In this document: positions 8,371 through 15,659 of the stretch, in pieces
Layout: every line of letters starts with the position of its first letter
How positions within the stretch are numbered: the first letter of the stretch is position 1
Virus record (IMG/VR): IMGVR_UViG_3300002461_000499
DNA: 20,000 bases
Direction: 5' to 3' (one strand)
Source of the DNA: an uncultured virus (IMG/VR IMGVR_UViG_3300002461_000499)
Taxonomy: Duplodnaviria; Heunggongvirae; Uroviricota; Caudoviricetes
Position numbers and translations under genes: made by a program
Notes under the pieces: model-generated
Databases searched by the model: none
What the model was told of the DNA's origin: nothing
What the model saw: only the letters and a program-made list of their open reading frames with translations

Positions 8371-9165
8371 ATGAAATACACTTTTGCACCGTTGGCAACG
8401 GAACCGGGGTGCAATTACATGCAAAATTGGTACGATATGCAACAAAACAATTTCACTGAATTCGGTACGGACGGCACAAACATTCGTACTATGGAACACA
8501 AAGGTTTGACGCTCGTTTATTCGGAAACTGACGGCCGTTTTATGTTGCCTCAACCGCAAGGGGCGAAAGCGAAAATCCTGTTTGATGAACAGGCGCAAAC
8601 CTTTATTCAAGTTACGATCACCGACCCGTCGTTTGTGTACCGTGACCGGACAGCAACGTCGCCGGACGGTACTATCGTTCAGGAACGATTGTTCATCGCA
8701 AAAGACAAGAACGGCAACGAATTGCAGTTGCCCGACATCGACTTTCAGAAAACGATTTTTGAGGGTCAAGTCATGGAATTCAAACGTCGTGCCCTGGAAA
8801 TGGCAATGGGTTGGATGCCCGTTTTTTACCTGGGCGTGATCGTTTGCATGGTGTCTTTTTTCTGGCAGTTGGCCTATCAATCCGGGTTACTTGCCGAGGC
8901 ATTCGCAGCCGGATCAACAGCCGCAATTGCCGAGGTCGGTTACTTGCTTGCCTGGGCGGGCGGGCTTGTTGCCCTTGCCGTTTTCTGTTACTATGTGCTG
9001 CCGGTTCTGTTCAGGGCAAAACGCCGCGCATCGGTAATCGAGAATGATTTATTTGAACAGGGTCAATCGCAAGGCGAACCGACGAACACGACGAACATTG
9101 TCGTCAACAACATTCAGGGTTCGGGGAACACCGCGCAAGATTACATCAACCGTCGAAACGTATGA
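8371..9165 (+). CDS. Membrane protein: beta-rich soluble domain plus 2 TM helices (start could be 8323, 8371 or 8419)
   Basis: TM segments WMPVFYLGVIVCMVSFFWQLAY and YLLAWAGGLVALAVFCYYVLPVLF. ATGA-coupled to the next gene. Confidence 0.75.
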   Translation: MKYTFAPLATEPGCNYMQNWYDMQQNNFTEFGTDGTNIRTMEHKGLTLVYSETDGRFMLPQPQGAKAKILFDEQAQTFIQVTITDPSFVYRDRTATSPDGTIVQERLFIAKDKNGNELQLPDIDFQKTIFEGQVMEFKRRALEMAMGWMPVFYLGVIVCMVSFFWQLAYQSGLLAEAFAAGSTAAIAEVGYLLAWAGGLVALAVFCYYVLPVLFRAKRRASVIENDLFEQGQSQGEPTNTTNIVVNNIQGSGNTAQDYINRRNV

Positions 9166-9758
9166 AAAACGAGCAAGTAAAAGCCGAGGAAAAAGTACAA
9201 GCCGAATATTGGTTCCTGTACAAAGCCGCGAACGCAGCTGCATTACTGTTCGCGCTGATCCTGTTTTATAACGGTCACTTGTTGACCGGCCTGTTTGCGT
9301 TGCTTGCGATTGCCGTATTCAACGCCGTACGCGTGCCGATCATTACTGACGTATTTGACGACCGTATGAAACACATCGTTTTCAAGACACAGATTGAAAA
9401 CCTTTACGTCGTTTCGGAATATGCCGATCAGCCGGATACAACCGTCGTCGCGACATTCAAATCAACGGTCAATTATCTGAAAGAGGTCGGCAACAAACAC
9501 GAGGTTCGCGTACACCTGATTATTTTTCAGGACGTCACCCGCTTTACCTGGTTTTGGGACGCAAAGGGTAATTTGCAAAAACAATCGAAGCCGCGCGACG
9601 TGTTGTCGTCGGCTGAAACCTGGGACGAATATTTGCAATCAGTTGAAAAATTCAAGATCACCGACCGGGATGAACGGTTGCGCCAGTTGCGCAAGGATAA
9701 CGCCGGGTTTGACTGGGTTAACGAAAATGTATTATGGCAACAACCCGCCGAAAATTAA
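9162..9758 (+). CDS. Membrane protein with an N-terminal TM hairpin
   Basis: AANAAALLFALILFYNGHLLTGLFALLAIAVFNAV is followed by a soluble domain. Confidence 0.8.
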   Translation: MKNEQVKAEEKVQAEYWFLYKAANAAALLFALILFYNGHLLTGLFALLAIAVFNAVRVPIITDVFDDRMKHIVFKTQIENLYVVSEYADQPDTTVVATFKSTVNYLKEVGNKHEVRVHLIIFQDVTRFTWFWDAKGNLQKQSKPRDVLSSAETWDEYLQSVEKFKITDRDERLRQLRKDNAGFDWVNENVLWQQPAEN

Positions 9759-10291
9759 AGATCGTGCAACGCCGGTCGTCGGTGACGATCAAAAAGGGCG
9801 GCACCTGGAAACCTCGTCACCAATCACAGGAACGAATCTTTCAAGAAACGTTTGTTTATTTGATGACGAACATACCGGTTTTTTTCCTGAACAAATTCGG
9901 GATTTCAGACAAGACGAAAGCCCGTCGTAAAACCGTTTCCGACACAACGTTCGGGGCGGTTTTCACGATTTTGTCGATGAACCTTGCGTTCGGGCTTTCT
10001 GTCGAACAGTTCGTGCATCATGTTTACCGGTTCCAGCGCGTACACTTTCAGACAGGATCGGGTCGAACTGAATGGTTCATTGTCTTTTCGCCGATTGTCG
10101 GGTCGCTGATCCTTTGGGCGAATTTCAAATTCGCTTTGAACCTGACAACAAAGCAACTTGCATTCGGGTACTTTACGCCGTTCGTTTGGCTCGACGGCCT
10201 GTTCTGGCTGTTCGTGTTCCGATCCCTGAAATTGGTGTTTATTTTTTTTGTCGTGTTTTTTATCCTTTACTGTCTTGCACATTTGAAATAA
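9734..10291 (+). CDS. Putative T5orf172-type GIY-YIG domain fused to C-terminal TM helices
   Basis: FVYLMTN...KFGIS...ARR..V...VEQFVH......GRTEWF (9851-10078) mirrors the motif order of the 7762 protein. A strongly hydrophobic C-terminus of 2-3 TM follows. Confidence 0.65.
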   Translation: MATTRRKLKIVQRRSSVTIKKGGTWKPRHQSQERIFQETFVYLMTNIPVFFLNKFGISDKTKARRKTVSDTTFGAVFTILSMNLAFGLSVEQFVHHVYRFQRVHFQTGSGRTEWFIVFSPIVGSLILWANFKFALNLTTKQLAFGYFTPFVWLDGLFWLFVFRSLKLVFIFFVVFFILYCLAHLK

Positions 10292-10392
10292 AGTGGCGTT
10301 CTTTGTACCCGAAAGTAAATCGTTTTGAGGCGACCCCGATCCGGGGGTCGAATGTCCGCAAATCGTTTTTGTTTATCATTTGACGAAAAAGG

Positions 10393-10427
10393 GGTGATCG
10401 TTCCGAAAGGGGCGATTGCCTTTTTTT
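10393..10427 (+). terminator. Rho-independent terminator with GAAA tetraloop (possibly bidirectional)
   Basis: GGTGATCGTTCC-GAAA-GGGGCGATTGCC followed by T7, with an A run upstream. Confidence 0.85.
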
Positions 10428-10437
10428 ATTTCAGCCC

Positions 10438-10468
10438 TTTGGCCTTTGAAATAATGCCGTTATATTTA
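10438..10468 (+). promoter_or_regulatory. Variant Bacteroidota-type promoter for the replication genes
   Basis: TTTG (10438-10441), 19 bp spacer, TATATTTA (10461-10468, one mismatch). Flanked by the same GCCGT and GTCAAATT context as the other copies. Confidence 0.65.
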
Positions 10469-10496
10469 CCCCGTCAAATTTTTTAAACAAAACTTT

Positions 10497-11345
10497 ATGG
10501 ACTTAATTTTCACTCACATTTACGAGGCTGCACGCTCCGAAATGGGATTGACGCGCGACGAATACGCGCTTTGCAATTACATTTCGGTTTGGTCGGCACA
10601 TCCGGCATCCGCCCGGCCTGGATGGTGTAATCGAACACTGAAACAAAAAGCAAAATGGATCGGTGTAACTGAACGCGGTTTGACAAAGATGCAAAACCGC
10701 ATGATTAAACTGAACCTGGTCGAAAAGGATTCAATCACCGCACACACCCGGACGACGGTCGCTTGGTTCGATATGGTCAACCGGGCGAAATCAAAGGAAC
10801 AAAGTTCCCTATCAGGTGAGGAACAAAGTTCCGTCGATCAGGGAACAAAGTTCCGTCGGCATAGGGAACAAAGTTCCGTCGGCATAGGGAACAAAGTTCC
10901 GCCACATAGTAATGTTCCTTTATTAATCCTTGATAATGATTTTGAAGTAATAGAGGGCGCCGAAAAAGTTTCGGCTTCGCCTGTCGAAGTTGTTATCGAA
11001 TTCCTGAATCAAACTTTAAAACCTGTTCGCCCGTATAGTCCGAAAACAAAAAAAACGGTTGAATCAATTAACGCCCGCCTGAAAGAAAAGTACACTGTCG
11101 ACGACATTTGTCTCGTGATCGAATTCAAAACGCAGGAATGGTCGGGGAACCCAAAAATGGAACCCTACTTGCGCCCGGAAACGTTATTCGGAACACAGAA
11201 ATTCGAGGGATATTTGATTGCGGCAAGCAACTGGCAAGCGAAAGGAAAACCAAAAAATAAAAATGGACATGGAACAAACGGCATTAATTCGGCAGCCCCA
11301 GACATTGCCAGCGACGCAACTGTCGGGGCTTTCAGCGACTATTGA
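10497..11345 (+). CDS. Phage replication initiator (N-terminal wHTH, C-terminal Phg_2220_C 'conserved phage C-terminal' domain)
   Basis: N-terminal 'LKQKAKWIGVTERGLTKMQNRMIKLNLVEK' is wHTH-like. C-terminal 'VIEFKTQEW...MEPYLRPETLFG..KFEGYL' matches Phg_2220_C. Internal iterons are present. Confidence 0.88.
   Translation: MDLIFTHIYEAARSEMGLTRDEYALCNYISVWSAHPASARPGWCNRTLKQKAKWIGVTERGLTKMQNRMIKLNLVEKDSITAHTRTTVAWFDMVNRAKSKEQSSLSGEEQSSVDQGTKFRRHREQSSVGIGNKVPPHSNVPLLILDNDFEVIEGAEKVSASPVEVVIEFLNQTLKPVRPYSPKTKKTVESINARLKEKYTVDDICLVIEFKTQEWSGNPKMEPYLRPETLFGTQKFEGYLIAASNWQAKGKPKNKNGHGTNGINSAAPDIASDATVGAFSDY
10796..10950. repeat. Putative replication origin: five palindromic iterons plus an AT-rich region
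   Basis: GGAACAAAGTTCC (GGAAC-AAA-GTTCC) starts at 10796, 10820, 10842, 10865 and 10888 (spacing 24, 22, 23, 23). A half-site lies near 10914 and an AT-rich tract at 10919-10950. Confidence 0.88.
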
Positions 11346-12672
11346 AAGCACGGGCGCGGTCAATATGTTGCAAGCGTCGATCCCGGCTGTTGCCCGGTGC
11401 ATCGAAGCAATGCGAAACGATCCGTTGTTGAATGCTTTTCCTTTCGACAAAGTTACTTTCGCGGAAATTGTGTTGCGTGTAATCAGACAGGGCACGCCCC
11501 TGGAACGCGCCGCAATGGCAAAGCACCTCACGCCCGAGGCTTGCTTTTTCTTTCCGTCGACATCGCAAACGATCAAAGGTTCGGTCAATGTTCAGGACGT
11601 GATCGACAATGTATTCAAACCGATGTTCGGTTTGTTGTGCGACCATTTCGGCGTGAACTTTTTCGGCAACATGGACACGGTCGCTTATTCGTTGATGACG
11701 GAATTCGGCGGGCTGTCGTACGCTGATTTTATGTTGTGTTTCGAGCGGGTCAAAAACGGCCGGTACGTTCGCGAAACGCAACACATAATGACGCGCGGTA
11801 TCAATGCCGAATTTATGTCCGCCTGGCTGAAACAATACGCCGAGGAAAGGGAACATTGCCGGGATGCTGCATATAAACAGTACAGCCCGGAAAATACGCC
11901 GATCACCGGCGGCGACCCGGTGACGGGTGAACGAATCGCAGAATACAATCGAGCGAAAATTGGCGCGAAGCAACGGCGCGACGATTTGCAACACATTGCG
12001 GATACGGCGTTCGATGAATGGGAAAACGACCTCTATACATCCGGCGTGTATCGTCAAGGGTTCAAAACGATTTTTGTTGAACGCGATGATCTTGACGAAA
12101 ACGGTGATAAGCAGTACAATTCCGACGGCACCGTGAAAAAGAAAAGTGTTCGACAGGAAGTGTTGTGTGCATCCGACGACCCGAACGTTTCGAGATTCGA
12201 CGACTATGCGATTCGAGTGCCGAAACCCGGCGCCCTGGAACGCAAGGTCAAGCGGATCATTTACGAATTTATTTGCGACGGTGATCGTCAAGCAATGGAA
12301 ACTTACTTTGCCGAGTTCATCGAACGCGTACGGAACAAATACGCTGACGAGGAAAACCCGTCCGCTTTCATAGAATCAGAATTGAAGATAATTCTTTCCG
12401 CATTCACGACAGTAAAGCGAAATTTGCCGGGGGCGAAAATGATTGAACAAATGTATCGGGCTGCATATCCCGATGCGACGCAAGGCGAAATCGCTGCATC
12501 GGTTCGGCGTGACCTCGACGACATTGACGTTCAGTATTTCGATGATTATTTGCCGCACTGCATACAAAAGAAATACCCGCGTTTGGATCGTGACGAATTT
12601 GTCATTGTCGTATCTATGGCCGGGTATTTGAATCAAGGATTTCCCAACGTGTTCAAAGGACTTTTTGAATGA
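11263..12672 (+). CDS. Large replication-associated protein, putative helicase loader (DUF6633-like segment)
   Basis: Directly follows and overlaps the initiator. 'LSYADFMLCFERVKNGRY...I....M.AWLKQYAEER' resembles Bacteroidota phage proteins found at the loader position. ATG at 11263 or 11269. Confidence 0.55.
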   Translation: MDMEQTALIRQPQTLPATQLSGLSATIESTGAVNMLQASIPAVARCIEAMRNDPLLNAFPFDKVTFAEIVLRVIRQGTPLERAAMAKHLTPEACFFFPSTSQTIKGSVNVQDVIDNVFKPMFGLLCDHFGVNFFGNMDTVAYSLMTEFGGLSYADFMLCFERVKNGRYVRETQHIMTRGINAEFMSAWLKQYAEEREHCRDAAYKQYSPENTPITGGDPVTGERIAEYNRAKIGAKQRRDDLQHIADTAFDEWENDLYTSGVYRQGFKTIFVERDDLDENGDKQYNSDGTVKKKSVRQEVLCASDDPNVSRFDDYAIRVPKPGALERKVKRIIYEFICDGDRQAMETYFAEFIERVRNKYADEENPSAFIESELKIILSAFTTVKRNLPGAKMIEQMYRAAYPDATQGEIAASVRRDLDDIDVQYFDDYLPHCIQKKYPRLDRDEFVIVVSMAGYLNQGFPNVFKGLFE

Positions 12673-13022
12673 GCAAACAAGATCACTTTAAAACGACGCA
12701 CGGTCTGAAACTGAATGTTTCTGAAACGTCACCTTTTCCCGGTTACGCCGCTTTTTCCCTGGGCGGCGTGGCCGGGTTTTTCAGCATCCCCCAGGCGGAT
12801 ATGTCGGTCGACATTATATTCGGCGACATCGTCATCGGTGAACACATTCAGGACACAATCGAATGGTTCGAGGAAACCGCCCGAGAAATCAACGCAATCG
12901 GTTTGCGGGTGATCGGATGCAAAGACAACGATTTGCGGGCGTACTTGCGCGACAAATACGGCTTTCAAAATATTCGCGACGGCGTCCTGTTGAAAACGAT
13001 TGTTAAAATTGTAATGAACTGA
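12669..13022 (+). CDS. Hypothetical protein, weakly GNAT-like
   Basis: ATGA-coupled. C-terminal 'EETAREINAIGLRV...NDLRAYLRDKYGF'. Confidence 0.65.
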   Translation: MSKQDHFKTTHGLKLNVSETSPFPGYAAFSLGGVAGFFSIPQADMSVDIIFGDIVIGEHIQDTIEWFEETAREINAIGLRVIGCKDNDLRAYLRDKYGFQNIRDGVLLKTIVKIVMN

Positions 13023-13345
13023 TGGCCGGCACTCTATTTAAACCCGTCGCCGTCGTCGGCCCTTTTTACAAATCCGATCCGGGCGGGTTGCTATATTATG
13101 GAACCGATGAATGGTCACGGTTCTACGACGAACAAATCGCCGGGCCTGGATGGATTGCGCAGCTCGACGCGCTTTTCAGTAAACCGAACGAATGGAATTT
13201 CGATGAATTCAAAGAATGGGCGCCGGACGAAAAATTCGACGAGGTGTTCAATAATGTTTTCAAAAAAGATATTGACGTGCTGCCGTCGCTGGAATCAATA
13301 TTTGAATTTTCCGCCTTACTATTCAAAAACGTATTCAAGATATGA
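13022..13345 (+). CDS. Hypothetical acidic/aromatic protein (107 aa)
   Basis: Coupled on both sides (TGATG and ATGA). Confidence 0.7.
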   Translation: MAGTLFKPVAVVGPFYKSDPGGLLYYGTDEWSRFYDEQIAGPGWIAQLDALFSKPNEWNFDEFKEWAPDEKFDEVFNNVFKKDIDVLPSLESIFEFSALLFKNVFKI

Positions 13346-13839
13346 CACGTTTCGGCAAGTCCTGGCGCAAGATCAAACAGGACGAAAAGACCGGACAATT
13401 CTACACGTCCGAATCAGACTTGCAAAAATCTTGCGTTCAGCGTTTTCACACGATTCATTCAGAATTCGCCGACCTGTTGTTCTCGATCCCGAACGGCGCA
13501 ATCGTCGGCGGACTTGTTGCAAAGTCCGGGCACCCGGTCGCCGCTTCAATCCTTGTCGGCGAAGGGATGAAAAAAGGCGTGCCCGATCTTTTCCTCGCTT
13601 TCCCTCGTGCCGGTTTTCACGGCCTGTTTATTGAAATGAAAACGATTGTCGGGTCACTGTCAAAGGATCAGCGCAAATACCTGAAATTGTTTGCTGCAAA
13701 AGGTTACGCCGTTGCCGTCTGTAAAACGATTGACGAATTTGATTCGACGATTGAATCGTACATGAAAAGCCTGTTTGTACAAACGCCAGTCTGGGCCTAC
13801 AAACGGGAAATCGCAGCACTTGAAAAAAAAGTCGCCTGA
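13342..13839 (+). CDS. VRR-NUC domain nuclease (putative Holliday junction resolvase)
   Basis: ESDLQ...FSIPNG...EGMKKGVPDLFL...GLFIEMK...LSKDQ...GYAVAVC. Confidence 0.9.
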   Translation: MTRFGKSWRKIKQDEKTGQFYTSESDLQKSCVQRFHTIHSEFADLLFSIPNGAIVGGLVAKSGHPVAASILVGEGMKKGVPDLFLAFPRAGFHGLFIEMKTIVGSLSKDQRKYLKLFAAKGYAVAVCKTIDEFDSTIESYMKSLFVQTPVWAYKREIAALEKKVA

Positions 13840-13852
13840 ATTTGTTAATGTG

Positions 13853-13884
13853 TTTGCCGGGATAAAAACCCCGGCGTAATATTG
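13853..13884 (+). promoter_or_regulatory. Possible promoter upstream of RNase HI
   Basis: TTTG (13853-13856), 20 bp spacer, TAATATTG (13877-13884, one mismatch), then CAC. Confidence 0.5.
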
Positions 13885-13909
13885 CACAACTTAAATTCGC
13901 AATCTCATT

Positions 13910-14326
13910 ATGAAAATGATTACTGTAAATTTTGACGGGTCGTGTGAACCTGTCAACCCCGGCGGAAACATGGGGTTCGGCGCCCTTATCAAGCAAGACG
14001 GCAAAACCGTTTTCGCCGGTTCCGGGTCTACCGCCGCGAACCCTGCAAACTCGAACAACGTCGCCGAATACAAGGCACTTGTTTTGGCGCTCGAATGGCT
14101 GATCGAAAACGGTCACACGGAAGATTCAATCGTCGTTCAGGGCGATTCGCAACTCGTCATCCAACAAATGGCCGGCAACTGGCGGGCGAAAGGCGGCATG
14201 TACTTCGCGACCTACAAACAGGCGAAAGAACTTGCCGCAAATTTCAGTCACATTTCTTTTCACTGGATACCCCGTGCCGAAAACGCCGAGGCCGACAACC
14301 TGTCACGATCCGAAGCAATTCAATAA
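13910..14326 (+). CDS. rnhA: Ribonuclease HI (compact type-1 RNase H)
   Basis: Catalytic DEDD set is intact: FDGSC-NPG, SNNVAEY, GDSQLV, WIPRAENAEAD. Confidence 0.93.
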   Translation: MKMITVNFDGSCEPVNPGGNMGFGALIKQDGKTVFAGSGSTAANPANSNNVAEYKALVLALEWLIENGHTEDSIVVQGDSQLVIQQMAGNWRAKGGMYFATYKQAKELAANFSHISFHWIPRAENAEADNLSRSEAIQ

Positions 14327-14366
14327 ATTTCCCTCATACTTTTCACCATCAAAATTTACGAATGCC

Positions 14367-15071
14367 ATGTATCAAAAGAAAGAAAACCCCGAAAAGCAAG
14401 AACAACTCGATCCGGCCGGGTACAAAGAAGAATTCAAAGTCCCCGGTGATGAAATGCCGAAAGGCAAAGCAATCGGGTATATGCGATTTGTCGTGATGGA
14501 ACTTGACGAACCTGATCCTGTTACCGGCGCAAAACACGTCATGCTGGCAGACGGCAACCCGAGCGAATTTACTTTTTTCAAAGTCCTGGTCGATTACCTT
14601 GCCGAAAGTGATGACATGTATCGTCGTTTTTCGGTTGCGATGGAAGCGGCGACCGCAATGCGCAAACTGAACGAAGGCGACATCATGGGCTTGTTTGAAA
14701 CCCTGGGCAAAACCGTACGCGAAAGAACCCGGTCGCGCCGGTTCCCGTCCGGCGGCTTTGGCGACGGCCTGTCTGAATTGCGCGATTTCTTGACCGGGGC
14801 ACAACGTCACAGTTCCCGCAAATTTCGCACACCTGATATTGAAATGAAAATCGGCGTCCTGGGCGGCGACGACCTCGCTGAACTTATGAAGTTTTTACGC
14901 GAAAACGATGACGACGAAACCGATACCGATACGCTTGCCGCAATAATGCGCAAGGCGACCGGCGGTAAAGGTTGCGACTGTGACGAATGCCGGGCCGAAC
15001 AAGCCCGCGTCGCGAAGGAAAAAGCCGAAAAGGATCAGGCACCGCCGGACATTCAGCCGACGCAAAATTAA
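14367..15071 (+). CDS. Hypothetical protein with C-terminal CxCxxC (start revised from 14232)
   Basis: ATG 14367 lies after the RNase HI stop. GCDCDEC occurs near the C-terminus. Confidence 0.7.
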   Translation: MYQKKENPEKQEQLDPAGYKEEFKVPGDEMPKGKAIGYMRFVVMELDEPDPVTGAKHVMLADGNPSEFTFFKVLVDYLAESDDMYRRFSVAMEAATAMRKLNEGDIMGLFETLGKTVRERTRSRRFPSGGFGDGLSELRDFLTGAQRHSSRKFRTPDIEMKIGVLGGDDLAELMKFLRENDDDETDTDTLAAIMRKATGGKGCDCDECRAEQARVAKEKAEKDQAPPDIQPTQN

Positions 15072-15092
15072 CCGGCACTTGCCGACAGCATA

Positions 15093-15125
15093 GGGGCGGG
15101 AAAGGTTCGCCCGCCCCGACTTTTT
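15093..15125 (+). terminator. Probable terminator/attenuator hairpin
   Basis: GGGGCGGG (15093-15100) / CCCGCCCC (15110-15117), then GAC and T5. Confidence 0.6.
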
Positions 15126-15157
15126 CACAAAATTTTCACCCGTCAAATTTTCAACAA

Positions 15158-15601
15158 ATGACAAATTTATTTATCCCCGGCGACGGTACTGTGATCGAAA
15201 ACAAAATGTTCATGGAATCGAACGCCGACGAAATTCTCGAAGGTCACGAATACCGACGCAAACTTACCGAGGAAGAAATCGAAAACGAGAAAACCGAATT
15301 CGCCGAACGGTCGATCAAGGTTGAACGCCTGAACGAAGAAAAAGCGGCGATCCTTGCCGAAATGAACGCAAAGATCAAAGCCGAAACAGCCCTTGCGAAA
15401 AAGGCACTGAACCTGATTCGTCGCGGCGAAATGACTGTAACCGAAACCGTGTATCTGGTCAAGGATCAGAACGAAGGCATGGTCGGCACATACACCGTCG
15501 ACGGCGTGCTGATCGACGAACGCAAAATGCGGGGCACCGAGCGCCAGAAAACGATTTACACGAAAGAAGCGGTCAACTACAAAACCGGTACGGACAATTA
15601 A
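15158..15601 (+). CDS. Conserved Bacteroidota-phage-type coiled-coil protein (start revised from 14987)
   Basis: ATG follows a GTCAAATTTTCAAC leader. Has a charged helical core and an 'E.QKTI....KTGTDN' ending that I recall from Bacteroidota prophage proteins. Confidence 0.7.
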   Translation: MTNLFIPGDGTVIENKMFMESNADEILEGHEYRRKLTEEEIENEKTEFAERSIKVERLNEEKAAILAEMNAKIKAETALAKKALNLIRRGEMTVTETVYLVKDQNEGMVGTYTVDGVLIDERKMRGTERQKTIYTKEAVNYKTGTDN

Positions 15602-15659
15602 ACCGAACTGAAACAATTTTAAAAACGCGACATTGTCGCACCTTCATCATTTCTTTAAA

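Noticed and set aside
10352..10486. 44-codon ORF in the intergenic region
   Set aside because: It runs through the terminator and the promoter and has no A-rich leader, so it is most likely incidental.
10796..10900. Repeat array as CRISPR
   Set aside because: The repeats are 13 bp with 9-11 bp similar spacers, lie inside a replication gene, and have no cas genes nearby. Iterons fit better.
11332..12291. 319-aa minus-strand ORF
   Set aside because: It is fully antisense to a coupled + strand gene and has no motifs. Long shadow ORFs are expected because CTA/TTA triplets are scarce.
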